From contig NC_068981.1 of NCBI RefSeq assembly GCF_001194135.2, positions 121,266,358 through 121,313,046 on the forward strand: a stretch of DNA of 46,689 bases, in the 5' to 3' direction. The position numbers and the translations under genes are program-made. Under the pieces are notes generated by a model. The model saw nothing but the letters and a program-made list of their open reading frames with translations. It had not been told where the DNA came from and searched no databases. Each line of letters starts with the position of its first letter. The stretch's first letter is position 1. Shown here one piece after another: positions 13,074 to 23,589 of the stretch. The DNA comes from Octopus bimaculoides. Its lineage: Eukaryota.

Positions 13074-14115
13074 CAGCGTGTTCGGGCTAAATGTGATGCA
13101 CCTTTGTGTCGGCCTCTTTTTAAAAGCTGTTTGATAGAGCAGTTAACGGCGGTAGAGAGCCTAAAGGTTAAAATTGTGGTTGAGAAAAAATTGCTGGATT
13201 GGAAGTGTTACCTATATGATCATTTTTTCTTGCTCCAGGTATCAAAATGCCGAGATCATGATGATGGCTCAATGCTCTATGAACAGAGTAAAGGCTGTAA
13301 AATATGACACGGACACCTGCAACAGAGTCTATGGAGCTGTAGCCAGCGGGAAGGGACATAGCAGGCATTCTGGCTGCGTCCGTACGGTGGAGTTTATCTA
13401 ATAACTGCGAGATAATCTGATAAAAGATACAAGCAATGGATTCCGGACTTTGGGGAGAGAGGTAGAGGTCTACCATGAAGATGGACCTGAATGGAGACCT
13501 TTGTGATTACACGTACAAGAGGTGCAAGCGGCAAATTCTAGCCAAGACCAAGGAGAACCGCTTTACGATGGCAAAGAAGTTCCTGAACAAGCCGAGTCAT
13601 CCTGTTTAGTTGGGGATAATTCTGGCTCGTCTCAAATAAAAAGTCCTGCCGAGACCAGTTTCACGACACCCCGGATCCATGTGATGTCCCATGCATCGTG
13701 AAAATCAAGTTCCTCCAAATTCTGATGATCTCTGGGTGTGTCTCCAGTGAGGCTGATGTCATGCTTAAGGGCCTGTTCAAAGGGCCTTAAGCTAAATTCA
13801 GGCGGCTATGTAAAGCTTTTGGAGACTGTGATTAAACGCTGGCTGGGGAGGTTTGCTGCTGGAAGGGCATATGTGTGACAGCAAGATTGGGCCCTTGCCA
13901 TACCTCCTGAATGAATCAGAAGTTGTTATCCAAGAATTTTTACAACTTTAATAGGATCAATTTCTGGCCTTCTAATTCTCTCGATTGTAATCTTATGTAT
14001 TATCATGTGTTGGACGCGTTTTCGATCAGGGGAATGTAAACGTTTTGTTTTATGATATGCGATCTAACATCAACGAGGTGTTCTATTTCCTATTTGTTTT
14101 TAGCTTAAACTTGTA
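13074..14115 (+). mobile_element. Tc1/mariner superfamily transposase relic, DD37D (maT)-like
   Basis: ASGKGHSRHSGCVRTVEFI (HTH linker); MISGCVSSEADVM; GRAYV*QQD; WPSNSLDCNLMY. 110 nt between the second Asp (13885-13887) and the third-residue codon (13998-14000), i.e. 37 codons minus one base. Confidence 0.78.
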
Positions 14116-15249
14116 ATGAGAGAGTTCTGTTATAGTAACATTATACAACGTATTTGCTTATAAAAAGCAAAGTTCAATTCTTTCAATTTAACACTTTACA
14201 CATGCATGCACCTTTATACCTTTAATACATATATACGCATATACCCCGTATATATGCGTGTTCGTGTATGTTTGTGTTTGCATGTATATACGTTTCCTTA
14301 GCTCTTGGCTATCTTATTCCGGCACACTACAAATATTATATCCAGCTGTCTCTGGCGTTCAAAGATATTAGTTCAAATATATTTAATCTTTTTAGCTTCT
14401 TTCTAAACCTCTCGATTTATTCCTACCCTAACTGAACTCCACCATAAAATAGCGTCCCTATTAGCCTCCTACTTTTACATGTTAATGTTGTCTTCAACTA
14501 CGTACTGATCTTTACGTATCCCTCTACACGTCATATGTGTTGTTTCCATTGCACTCTTATCATCTTATCTGCCCCCTCGATGGATCACAGTTTTCCGCTC
14601 CCACCTCAGCTTCGCCTTTGAATGTCTATTCTCCGGATAGTTCTGCAAAACTACGACTAACGATCAGTGGACCTCTTGAAAAATGACGCACCTTCTAAAT
14701 TTGCAGCGATAATAACACGACGAGAAACGTTTGTTCCACAGTACTGCTGGCGACTCATCTGTCACAGAGTGGACATTAAATTCAGTAGACCTACAATGAA
14801 AACACTACTGTCTTCTTCAGATTTTGCTGCTTGAACGTATGTGCGTGTGTGTATGTGCATGCACATGCTCAAACACACACATACGCATACACACAAACAC
14901 ACACATATATATTTGTGTATGAATGTAAGCATCTTTCACAGATATATATCAGCAAAGGATGTACGCTACTCCGAAAAACTAGTTAAAATCGGTGGCTGCC
15001 AAAATGACTTAAGTTGTTTACTGTCTATTCAGTTAGATATTCCTTTGACATCCTCGCTTCCAGAAATCCTGTGTACCGGTGACGTTTCCGTTTCGAATCT
15101 CTTCACACTCATTGTTTACACATTGCAGTATAAGATAAATAAACTATGATATTGAGTAAATCTACTTTAATATGTAACTTTTGTCCTTTATACTGGCAAC
15201 GGATACAAACCATTACAAACAGCTGAATTCGAACTCCGGATATAAAGAA

Positions 15250-15970
15250 TCATACCTAAAAGCTATATGACATTTAATCGAAAATTCTAATGTTTCTTTT
15301 ATATTCGCTATATTTTGTAGGTCAAACTTATCATTATGAAGACATTCAACAAAATAATAAAAGAGAAATATTACAATACTTTTTATAGAAATTTTTCATT
15401 TCGTAGCATATTGATATATGAAGACACTTTGATAATAAATTTGTAATTTTTCATCAGTTATAATGTTAGGACTGATAATTTTATAGCAATGTAGAGTGAC
15501 CCTATTATTAATATTCTTCAAAACAACGAACATCTAACGACATAAAATCAAATGTGTTACTCTAATATCTGAAAATATTGGAGCATTTTCTTTTATTATT
15601 TTTTTGTGATTCGGCAAATTATCATTAATTAAATAATAGAAAACGGATTACTGAATTTCTTTAAGGAACAATAAAGGGAATTATTTTTTCAATAAACGCT
15701 AATGAAATTGCTGAAAATGCGACACATATCTGAATTTAAATTGTTAGTTCTAATTATGCTAAAACTTTAATTATTGAATTATTTTTTCTTTTATAATTAC
15801 GCATTAGGCCAATTGTCTGTAAAGAATAATGAACTACATATTTCTGTAATATTTGTGTCTTTCGTTAAATGTTATACGATCTTCTTTAAATGTGTTAATT
15901 TAGTACGGCAGACTGCTTCTTTTATGTTAATTTGTTGTCTCTAAAATTTGCATATACTATGCATTAGTTT
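15250..15970 (-). pseudogene. Channel repeat E, S2-S6
   Basis: SIIRTNN...CRIF (S4); IRVTHLILCR*MFVV (S5); EKLQIYYQSVF (pore-helix entry). Many stops. Confidence 0.45.
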
Positions 15971-16070
15971 GCTGATACAGTGAAGTGAAGTTTAAAGAAA
16001 AGTGTACTTCTGATTAAACCTGAATATACTTTATCATTTACGATTTACATACATACATACATACATATAG

Positions 16071-16104
<34 letters not shown>

Positions 16105-16128
16105 AAATACTCTAATGCAGCTTTTCAC

Positions 16129-16321
16129 GGTATTAATAACACTGCAAAATATTTCATTGAGGTATATTTAAAACGTGTAATTGTTTTTAACTGAATGAGT
16201 GCATTAATGATAGAGAAGAATAAAATCACATAGTAGTAATTGTTAATCGGGTGCCCTAATTCACCTGAAAGTTCTTTCTCTTTAGCTATATAATCATACA
16301 ATAGGCTCTGACACATTCTAC
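16129..16321 (-). pseudogene. Inter-repeat linker and S1 of channel repeat E
   Basis: Acceptor ctacaaag, donor CC|gtgaaa, open frame. GELGHPINNYYYVILFFSIINALIQLKTITRF. Confidence 0.55.
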
Positions 16322-16475
16322 CTTTGTAGTAACCATTGATTTATTCAATTTAGATTTCCTTCATATAATCTATATAATATTTGCATGATAAAGCTACTGT
16401 TAATTTATGAGACTCATAACATTCCATTTCCACAACAAGAATCGTTCGGTTTTAATATTTGCTTAATTACAAGTC

Positions 16476-16897
16476 GGCGAGCTGGCAGAATCGTTAGCAC
16501 GCAGGGCGAAATACTTAGCGGTATTTCGTCTGCTTCTACGTTCTGAGTTCAAATTCCGCCGAGGTCGACTTTGCCTTTCATCCTCTCGGGGGCGATAAAT
16601 TAAGTACCAGTTACGTACTGGGTCGATGTAATCGACTTAACCCCTTTTTCTGTCCTTGTTTGTCCCCTCTATGTTTAGCCCCTTGTGGGCAATAAAGAAA
16701 TAAGAATCGTTAGCAATGTTTAGCGGCATTTCGTCTGTCTTTACGTTCTGAGTTCAAATTCTGCCGAGGTCGACTTTGCCTTTCATCCTTTCAAGGTCGA
16801 TAAATTAAGTATCAGTTGCATACTGAGGTCGATCTAATCGACTGGCCCCCCCCCTCCCCCAAAATTTTGGGCCTTGTGCCTAGAATAGAAAGGAATA
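16476..16897 (+). mobile_element. Two family-A SINEs, tandem or nested
   Basis: Full copy followed by a second body; agaatcgttagca occurs at 16487-16499 and 16703-16715. Confidence 0.9.
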
Positions 16898-16947
16898 TTT
16901 ACTTACTTATAATTCCCGAAAATATCTAATATTACTCAGGAGGGTTA

Positions 16948-17130
16948 GGCAGCGAGGTGGCAGAAAAGTTAGCACGCCGGGTAAATGCTTAGTGGCATTT
17001 TGTCCGTCTACACGTTCTGAGTTCAAATGCTGCCGGAGTCAACTTTATATTTCATCGTTTTGTGGTCGGTGTAATCAACTTACACCATCTTCCGAACTTG
17101 TTGGCTGTGTCAAAATTTGAGACCAGTATT
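16948..17130 (+). mobile_element. Family-A SINE, diverged
   Basis: ggcagcgaggtggcagaaaagttagcacgccggg...gagttcaaatgc. Confidence 0.8.
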
Positions 17131-17145
17131 ATTCAGGAAGGTAGT

Positions 17146-17335
17146 GGAGGCGCATGGTTTTGAGGTTAGGAGTGTTGGGCACATGATCATAAGATTGTGG
17201 TTTCAATTCTTGAACCGGGCGATGCGTTGTGTTCTTGAGGAAAACATTTAATTTCACGTTGCTCCCGTCCATTGGGCTGGTAAAAATGAGTAATCCTGCG
17301 ACAAATCCGCGTCCCATCCAATGAGGAATAATTAA
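17146..17335 (+). mobile_element. Second tRNA-derived SINE family (Nin/Deu-like central domain)
   Basis: ggaggcgcatgg head, ggtttcaattc B-box, ttcacgttgctcccgtcca...aaaaatgagta. Confidence 0.6.
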
Positions 17336-17599
17336 GTCACAGAAATTAGAAAACCAGCTCTATACTCCTTACGGACTCATGTGGACTAACCACATTCAGA
17401 AAAGTATGAACACCGACATTACGCATTTTCATTTATTACATCGCAGTGATATGAAATATTGAAATTGTAAGAAGAATATTAATAGATTTTGATTTATAAT
17501 TCATTATGATCATTGTTGAAAGATGTAGTTTCGAATTAGAAGCTTCCTAAAAAATGAGAACTGCCATTCAAAATTGTAAACGACTAATTAAATGTAGTT

Positions 17600-18000
17600 C
17601 TGATATTGTAGCATTATCTTTTATATTGTACAATGGCATGATTTTGTGTAGTCTATACTAGTATTAGTTTTTCTTCACTATTCTGAAGCAATGCATTCTG
17701 TATTATATTGTCACGTTGATTTACCTTTGTCACATTAATTGTGGTTATTGAGTTGTGTTGCAATGTTCGTTTCTTTATTAATATCTATGATATACTGTTC
17801 TGTAGTGTTGATGTCTGTCGTGTAATGGAATATTTAATTCTGTAAGTACTGTAATGTTATTCTATATAATGTCCCACATTATTGCAGTCTCCTCTTGACT
17901 CTAAGTTGTTGTGATGGTTCTGTCATATTTTATTGGCTCTGACCGAGAAAACCTATGCCCTGTCGCACTCCATAGTGATTATGGCTCCTTTTTTTATTAT
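17600..18000 (-). mobile_element. Possible LINE APE-endonuclease fragment
   Basis: Degenerate 'GD-N', 'd.rG...nitvl' and 'SDH-like (QNHAI)' motifs in order. Confidence 0.3.
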
Positions 18001-18202
18001 GTATAAACGGCATTTAGTACAGCAGGCTTTGATATAAGGGAGATTTGGTTGCTCGAGAGATCATATATGAGATTCGTCATTGGCTCGTTTACTGTAAGAC
18101 TGGATCCTGGGCTGTGTTATGTCGAAAGTAAAGTTAACAGATATGTATTATTTTAGTTCTATAGAGAAAGCAGAGGTAGTGTGCAATTTTCTTTTAAACA
18201 GT

Positions 18203-18322
18203 GCTTACGGCCATATCATGTCGAATGCATCGATTCTCGTCCGATCAACGTAGTTAAGCAATGTAGAGCCTAGTTAGGACTTAGATGGGTGGCTGCTTAG
18301 GAAACGTAGGTGCTGTAAGCAT
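18203..18322 (+). rRNA. 5S rRNA pseudogene (full length, mutated)
   Basis: 120 nt; gcttacggccata...ttctcgtccgatc...agttaagc...gatgggtg...gtgctgtaagca. Terminal helix GCTTAC/GTAAGC is intact, box C is altered and there is no T4 terminator. Confidence 0.9.
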
Positions 18323-18410
18323 TCCACGTTTAAGAACGGTGCTTCTGTATAGACACAGCTCTCGAGCTGAAAGTAGTAAAGAAAACATTTCTGTTTCCAT
18401 AGATCTTCAC

Positions 18411-19099
18411 CTGTCTCTTCTCAGAGATACATAATAATGCAGTAAACTTTGAGTTGAGATTAAATGGCTATGGATGAGAACGCATTATCCTTTGTAAGAA
18501 CGTCTAAAACTTTGAAGATTAATGATCAGAAACTTTTTCAGTGGTTCTGGTTTTCATAACACCAGACAAAAATGTATAGGTAGATGTAGCGTTTGGTGTA
18601 CATGTTGAAAAATTTCGCTTCAGTGATATGAAAACCAAGCATGTGTTTAAGGTGTAAATTATAGACATAGTTTAACCTAGACATAGTATGTCCCTCTCGA
18701 TTTTGATTAGTAGTCCATGAAAAGAGCGACACCTTTCATTATGAGTCTAGTGCGAAACGCGCTTACAATTTTGTTTTTTATTGTCAATGAAAAGTCGGTC
18801 CGACTTAAGAGAAGAATAACATCGGCAAATAGAAATATTTCGAGGTGTATGACTGATATAGCAGCACTGAGAATAATTTCTTTTTCAGAAAAAGAAAAAA
18901 AAATCCATTGAAATAGAAGTGAGTACACTTATCATTATATAAAGAAATTGTTGCCGTGCGCTGCGAAGCTCCAATAGATTTTAGAATTGAAAATAACATT
19001 GTGAATATATTAGAGAAAGGAACCCAACAAACTGAATGAAAAAAATGACAATGGATATCATCGTATACGAAAGTAGTTATCAAAAGAAAATTAAGCAAT
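18411..19099 (-). pseudogene. Channel repeat D, S5-pore-S6-C-linker-CNBD start (several frameshifts)
   Basis: Acceptor ctgtgtttag, donor CAG|gtgaag. LLNFLLITTFVYDDIHCHFFHSVC; SLYNDKCTHFYFNG; SEKEIILSAAISVIHLEIFLFADVILLLSRTD; LHLKHMLGFHITEAKFF; YTFLSG; LIFKVLDVLT. Three overlapping ORFs in the track; one frame change falls at an A-run near 18890-18903. Confidence 0.62.
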
Positions 19100-19179
19100 C
19101 TAAACACAGATACGGACACACATATACATATGTACATACATACGTACATGTATGGTGATTGCTCCATCTTCACAAATGT

Positions 19180-20300
19180 TTACCTTCTCTGACTTCCGCA
19201 TTGTCAATGACATTTCTGACATTCCATCTGTGACTTCTCAGATGACTATTCAGCCCCGATGCAGATCTACATGGCTGAAAAGCGTGAGTAACAGACGAAT
19301 GTTGTAGCTTTCGCTAGATTCATTAGATCGCTCTGTGAGATATTATCTTTGTGAACCGACATATGCTTCTTCAGACCGGAAATCAATTGTTAAACCCTTT
19401 CACACACTACACACATCAATTCAACCAATCTATGAGTAAGGGCATTGCATACAGCTGATCTTTTATGGGACTTTAGGTGGTTGGCATACCTAGCCTTCGA
19501 AGGAAGTACACGGTCACTTGTTTCACACCTCCATCCCTGTACGTTCTAACTTAGATTCTGATGGGAAGCTTTTCTGATGCCAGTGTTTTAAGCATTGAAA
19601 CTCAAGGCGACCCACTTCAAAAGTATTACAACCTTCCCTTTTGCACTTCCTCAACCCAGCTCTTTCTAAAGTTAGCTTTTTCTAGTTCTTTATATTGATT
19701 TGCAATTCCTTCAGTTTGCCTCTTATGCAGTCTTTGTACCTTTCTGTGGTTTGTCCTTACGTTGTTTTGCAGGGTAGTACACTGTAGAAGCGCTGCTTTG
19801 GAATCCTATTATTTTCTATAAACTCAACATGGCCGTGCAACGCAACTAAGTAGATATGATGGGTGAATACTTGTATGACGAGTGAAAGTTTGTATATTCT
19901 GCATTTCGTCAGACTTGTGTAGAAGATATTTTACTTTGCCAATTAATGATGAATGTCTCAAACATCTTTGATGATTGCGCTCAAGCAGCTTAAGATGCTT
20001 ATAGTGTACTTTCCATGTTTCAGAGGCGTAGAATAGAGCAGTTATTACGCAAGCCTGTCTTGTAAATGCTCAACTTGATGATGTGAATTATGCTGGAATT
20101 TGCTCAGACTTTCTTTTCAGTTCGGAATTGTAAGACTAAAACTCTGAAAACATTGTGAACACACCAATGAAAATAGAAGCTATTGACAGGTTGTTTATAG
20201 AAGACATCAATGGAAAGCTAAATGATTTGCTAATTAAGCTGAAGTCATCGACACAATCAAGCAACTTTTAAATAAGACATCTCTAAATGCAGGCACCATC
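19180..20300 (-). mobile_element. RTE/BovB-like LINE 3' fragment
   Basis: ACVITALFYASETWKVHYKHLKLLERNHQRCLR and a C-terminal C..C..H-like zinc finger remnant. Confidence 0.8.
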
Positions 20301-20339
20301 ACATAGTCATTTCTAAAACGGCACGTCCCACATTCATTA

Positions 20340-20990
20340 ATAGTCCAATTAAAATTTTATTCTTATAAAGTAAAATGAAGATAATCAAGAATTCCGATAT
20401 GCCTCCGGCAGTCATCTTTAAGAGTATAACAGTATCAGATTATCTATAAATTGGAATTCAACATGAATGCACAACAAACCTCAAATACTATATAGGATTA
20501 GTCGGAAACCCCAATACGTGGTGTATGACAGAGAAATAGGGGAATGGGCATCACTTGTACATCTACGGTCTCTTTAGACCTTGGATGATGATGAAGTTAT
20601 ATGAGAATGACTGGTATTTTATCTTTTATCAATAGCTGGAAGTTCACACCACACGCTTTCTGCTAAACCAACTAAATCAGCTCCTGAAACAAACTTTTTA
20701 CAGATGTGTTAATTTCGGAAGTGTATTATAGTAATAGCGTCTGTACTGTATTTGAGTTTAGTTCTACAAGCTTATTTTCAGTAATTTACTATAATGCCTG
20801 CATTGTGCCATAGTCTTAGTTCATATATACAATCGTACTATAAGTTTCTTTATATATTCTGTATTGTTTGTAAGGTCTTTAAAATAGGATGATTCAATCA
20901 TTATTTGTTTATTCGTTCAGTGATTTTAGGACATTGATATTTACATCTCGGTTCTTAAAAAAGCCCGAATATTGATATACGTAGTCTGCT
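20340..20990 (-). pseudogene. Possible repeat C CNBD end and repeat D S1-S4, heavily decayed
   Basis: INIRAFLRTEM resembles 'atvRA.t.cel'; FQFIDNLILL...LPE resembles S3. Weak, and supported mainly by position. Confidence 0.3.
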
Positions 20991-21279
20991 TCTTAATTTA
21001 TCCAATACTACTGCATTTTACAAGACCAATATATATATATATATAATTCCTCGTGCCCATTCACTCTATATGCAATCAGGTGTATTTAACAAAATTTAAG
21101 TTGACTTATTACATGGCATTACTAATGTAAATTGCTCATATGCATGCAGCTCATTTGACTTCGATGTATATAGAAATATAGATGATGTAGACGAAGGCTT
21201 TCACTGAGATCCAGCAGTTGTGCGTGGCCACGGATCTCACTTTCATCTGTAGTAGATTCATTGCATAGTCTCAAAGAGC

Positions 21280-21650
21280 TCAGTTATCTATGTTTTTTTC
21301 CTTTATCAAATTTGCATATTCTCTTAATTTATATCTGGAAGGAATTATACAAAGTACTTTCATCTCTGGTAGATATTTTATTGGGTTATAAGAAAAGATC
21401 AAGGAAATAAATAAACCATGATTATAAAGCACAATATTCATAGCTATTGATATCAGATGATCGATATATCTATTTTCTCTCTTCATCAATTCGTGTATAA
21501 CTGCCTTAAGTTATTCACCACCTCTCTTAGACTCTCTCTCTTTTCTCAATCTTTGTTTCAGTTAAAAATAGTTGCTTGCCATAACAATTTTGTTTCGGTG
21601 TTTACAAGAAAAGAGTCAACGAATTTTTTTTGCTTGGATAAATTGCAGAC
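21280..21650 (-). pseudogene. Channel repeat C, C-linker and CNBD start
   Basis: LKQRLRK...; LFISLIFSYNPIKYLPEMKV matches CNBD 'f...l...l.p..ylPg..i'. Confidence 0.55.
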
Positions 21651-21962
21651 CAAGCAGATGATAATTCACATTACAATGAAGACGATATGATATAGTCTTT
21701 ATTATGATATGGATCTTATAATGGATTTTTTTAACGATTTTACTAAATGGCATTTGACGCCATTAAAAATGATTGAAAAAACCCAGCTTGCTATAATGTC
21801 GTTTATAAGTGTGTAAAGGTGTGTATGTTGCTGGGAAAATTGGCTGAGAAAAAATCCATTTTTAAACTACAAATTTCCCTTCTTTTTTTCCGGATTTTAA
21901 AACTTGTCTAGACTCAAGAGCTACATTCTGTAAGTTTACTGGTAAAGCCCTCCTCTGTTTAC

Positions 21963-22245
21963 CCGGAATCTACTTTTAGTCTATTCCATACTTTAAAATA
22001 CTGTGGCTCTATTAAGAAAAAGAACGAATTAACACTTTCCTTAGAATGTCTACATATAGACGTATTGTTTAATGGCCTAAACGGAAGAGGAAAGGTTGAA
22101 CATTCTCTAAGATTATAGCATTGGTTGCAAATAGGGAGGTAAAAACCTAAATAAACTGAATACAAATGGATCATAAATGAACCTATAAAGACAATATTGA
22201 CCACAAAATCATACATTGTATGCACAAATTTAGATTGTAAGCCAG
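21963..22245 (-). pseudogene. Channel repeat C, S5-pore exon (stop-free)
   Basis: Acceptor atgctcag, donor CGG|gtaaac. IVFIGSFMIHLYSVYLGFYLPICNQC...VNSFFFLIEPQYFKVW; S5 His and Cys pattern present, filter degenerate. Confidence 0.6.
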
Positions 22246-22417
22246 CTGAGCATATGTGTGTATGTGTGTGTGTGTGTATGTGTGTGTGTGTGTATGTGTG
22301 TGTCTGTATGTGTGTGTAAGCATTTCACAGTCTGCCTGTCTGTCTGTCTTTCTCTCTCCCTCTCCCTATATATTTAAATATAAATAAGATATATATATAC
22401 ATATATATATATACATC

Positions 22418-22545
22418 CGTTGAAGAGCGTAGCTCGAAACGTCAAAGACTTTCCGTATTCCCGAGCGTCATACTAATACATCCTTTTGTTATTTACACCA
22501 CCTGTCCTCGTCTGTTGCTGTTTTTTCGTATATTCTCCCATATAT
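22418..22545 (+). mobile_element. Penelope-like element terminus
   Basis: gaagagcgtagctcgaaacgtc motif recalled as typical of PLE ends; next to an N gap. Confidence 0.4.
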
Positions 22546-22816
22546 ATANNNNNNNNNNNNNNNNNNNNNNNNNNNNNNNNNNNNNNNNNNNNNNNNNNNN
22601 NNNNNNNNNNNNNNNNNNNNNNNNNNNNNNNNNNNNNNNNNNNNNNNNNNNNNNNNNNNNNNNNNNNNNNNNNNNNNNNNNNNNNNNNNNNNNNNNNNNN
22701 NNNNNNNNNNNNNNNNNNNNNNNNNNNNNNNNNNNNNNNNNNNNNNNNNNNNNNNNNNNNNNNNNNNNNNNNNNNNNNNNNNNNNNNNNNNNNNNNNNNN
22801 NNNNNNNNNNNNNNNN

Positions 22817-22849
<33 letters not shown>

Positions 22850-23589
22850 TTTATGCTCACAAACTTACATATACATATAGACGCACATATGCATACCTTT
22901 TAGTAGGGCATGCATTGCATATTTCTACCTGTAGGTCTGTATGTGTGCGCGTGCATATGTGTGGGGGGTGGCGTGAGTGAGTGTGTGTATGTGTGAATGT
23001 GTGTATGTGAGTTGTGGCAATTTTAAGACTGTGAATAAAGTGGTCGTTCTTTTATCATAGTGATAAGATTTTATGTATTACTTCGATTTCAGGCGCCACT
23101 AAACAACGTTTCTGATGTAGTAATTTAGCGATTGGTTCCAGTGAATTGTGTACATTGTTGATTGTCTGATGATTGTTTCTTAAATTACTGATTGACGCTC
23201 GAACGTTCGAAATCTCTCAGTGCACATCAATACAAGACATACACACACATTCACACACTGATTACGTATACGTATACATAACATAAGGTACATGCGTACA
23301 TACCTACATACATATCTATATACACACACACGCATGCACACACACGCATGCACACACACACACACACAGACGTACACACACACGCACATGTATGTATATA
23401 TTTATGTATGTATGTATATATTTATGTATGTATGTATATATTTATGTATGTATGTATATCTTTTCTGTATTTAATCATTGAAATTCGTTCTTTAAAACAG
23501 GAGCTGGTTTCTAACTGAGATACAAAACTCCATCGTTGAAATGTAGATAACAAAAGCAATGTCCCATTTTTAACCGGAGAAAAGGTCTT

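Noticed and set aside
14570-14840. Possible further RTE LINE fragment on the minus strand
   Set aside because: Only a weak 'FAELSG' resemblance; not enough to annotate.
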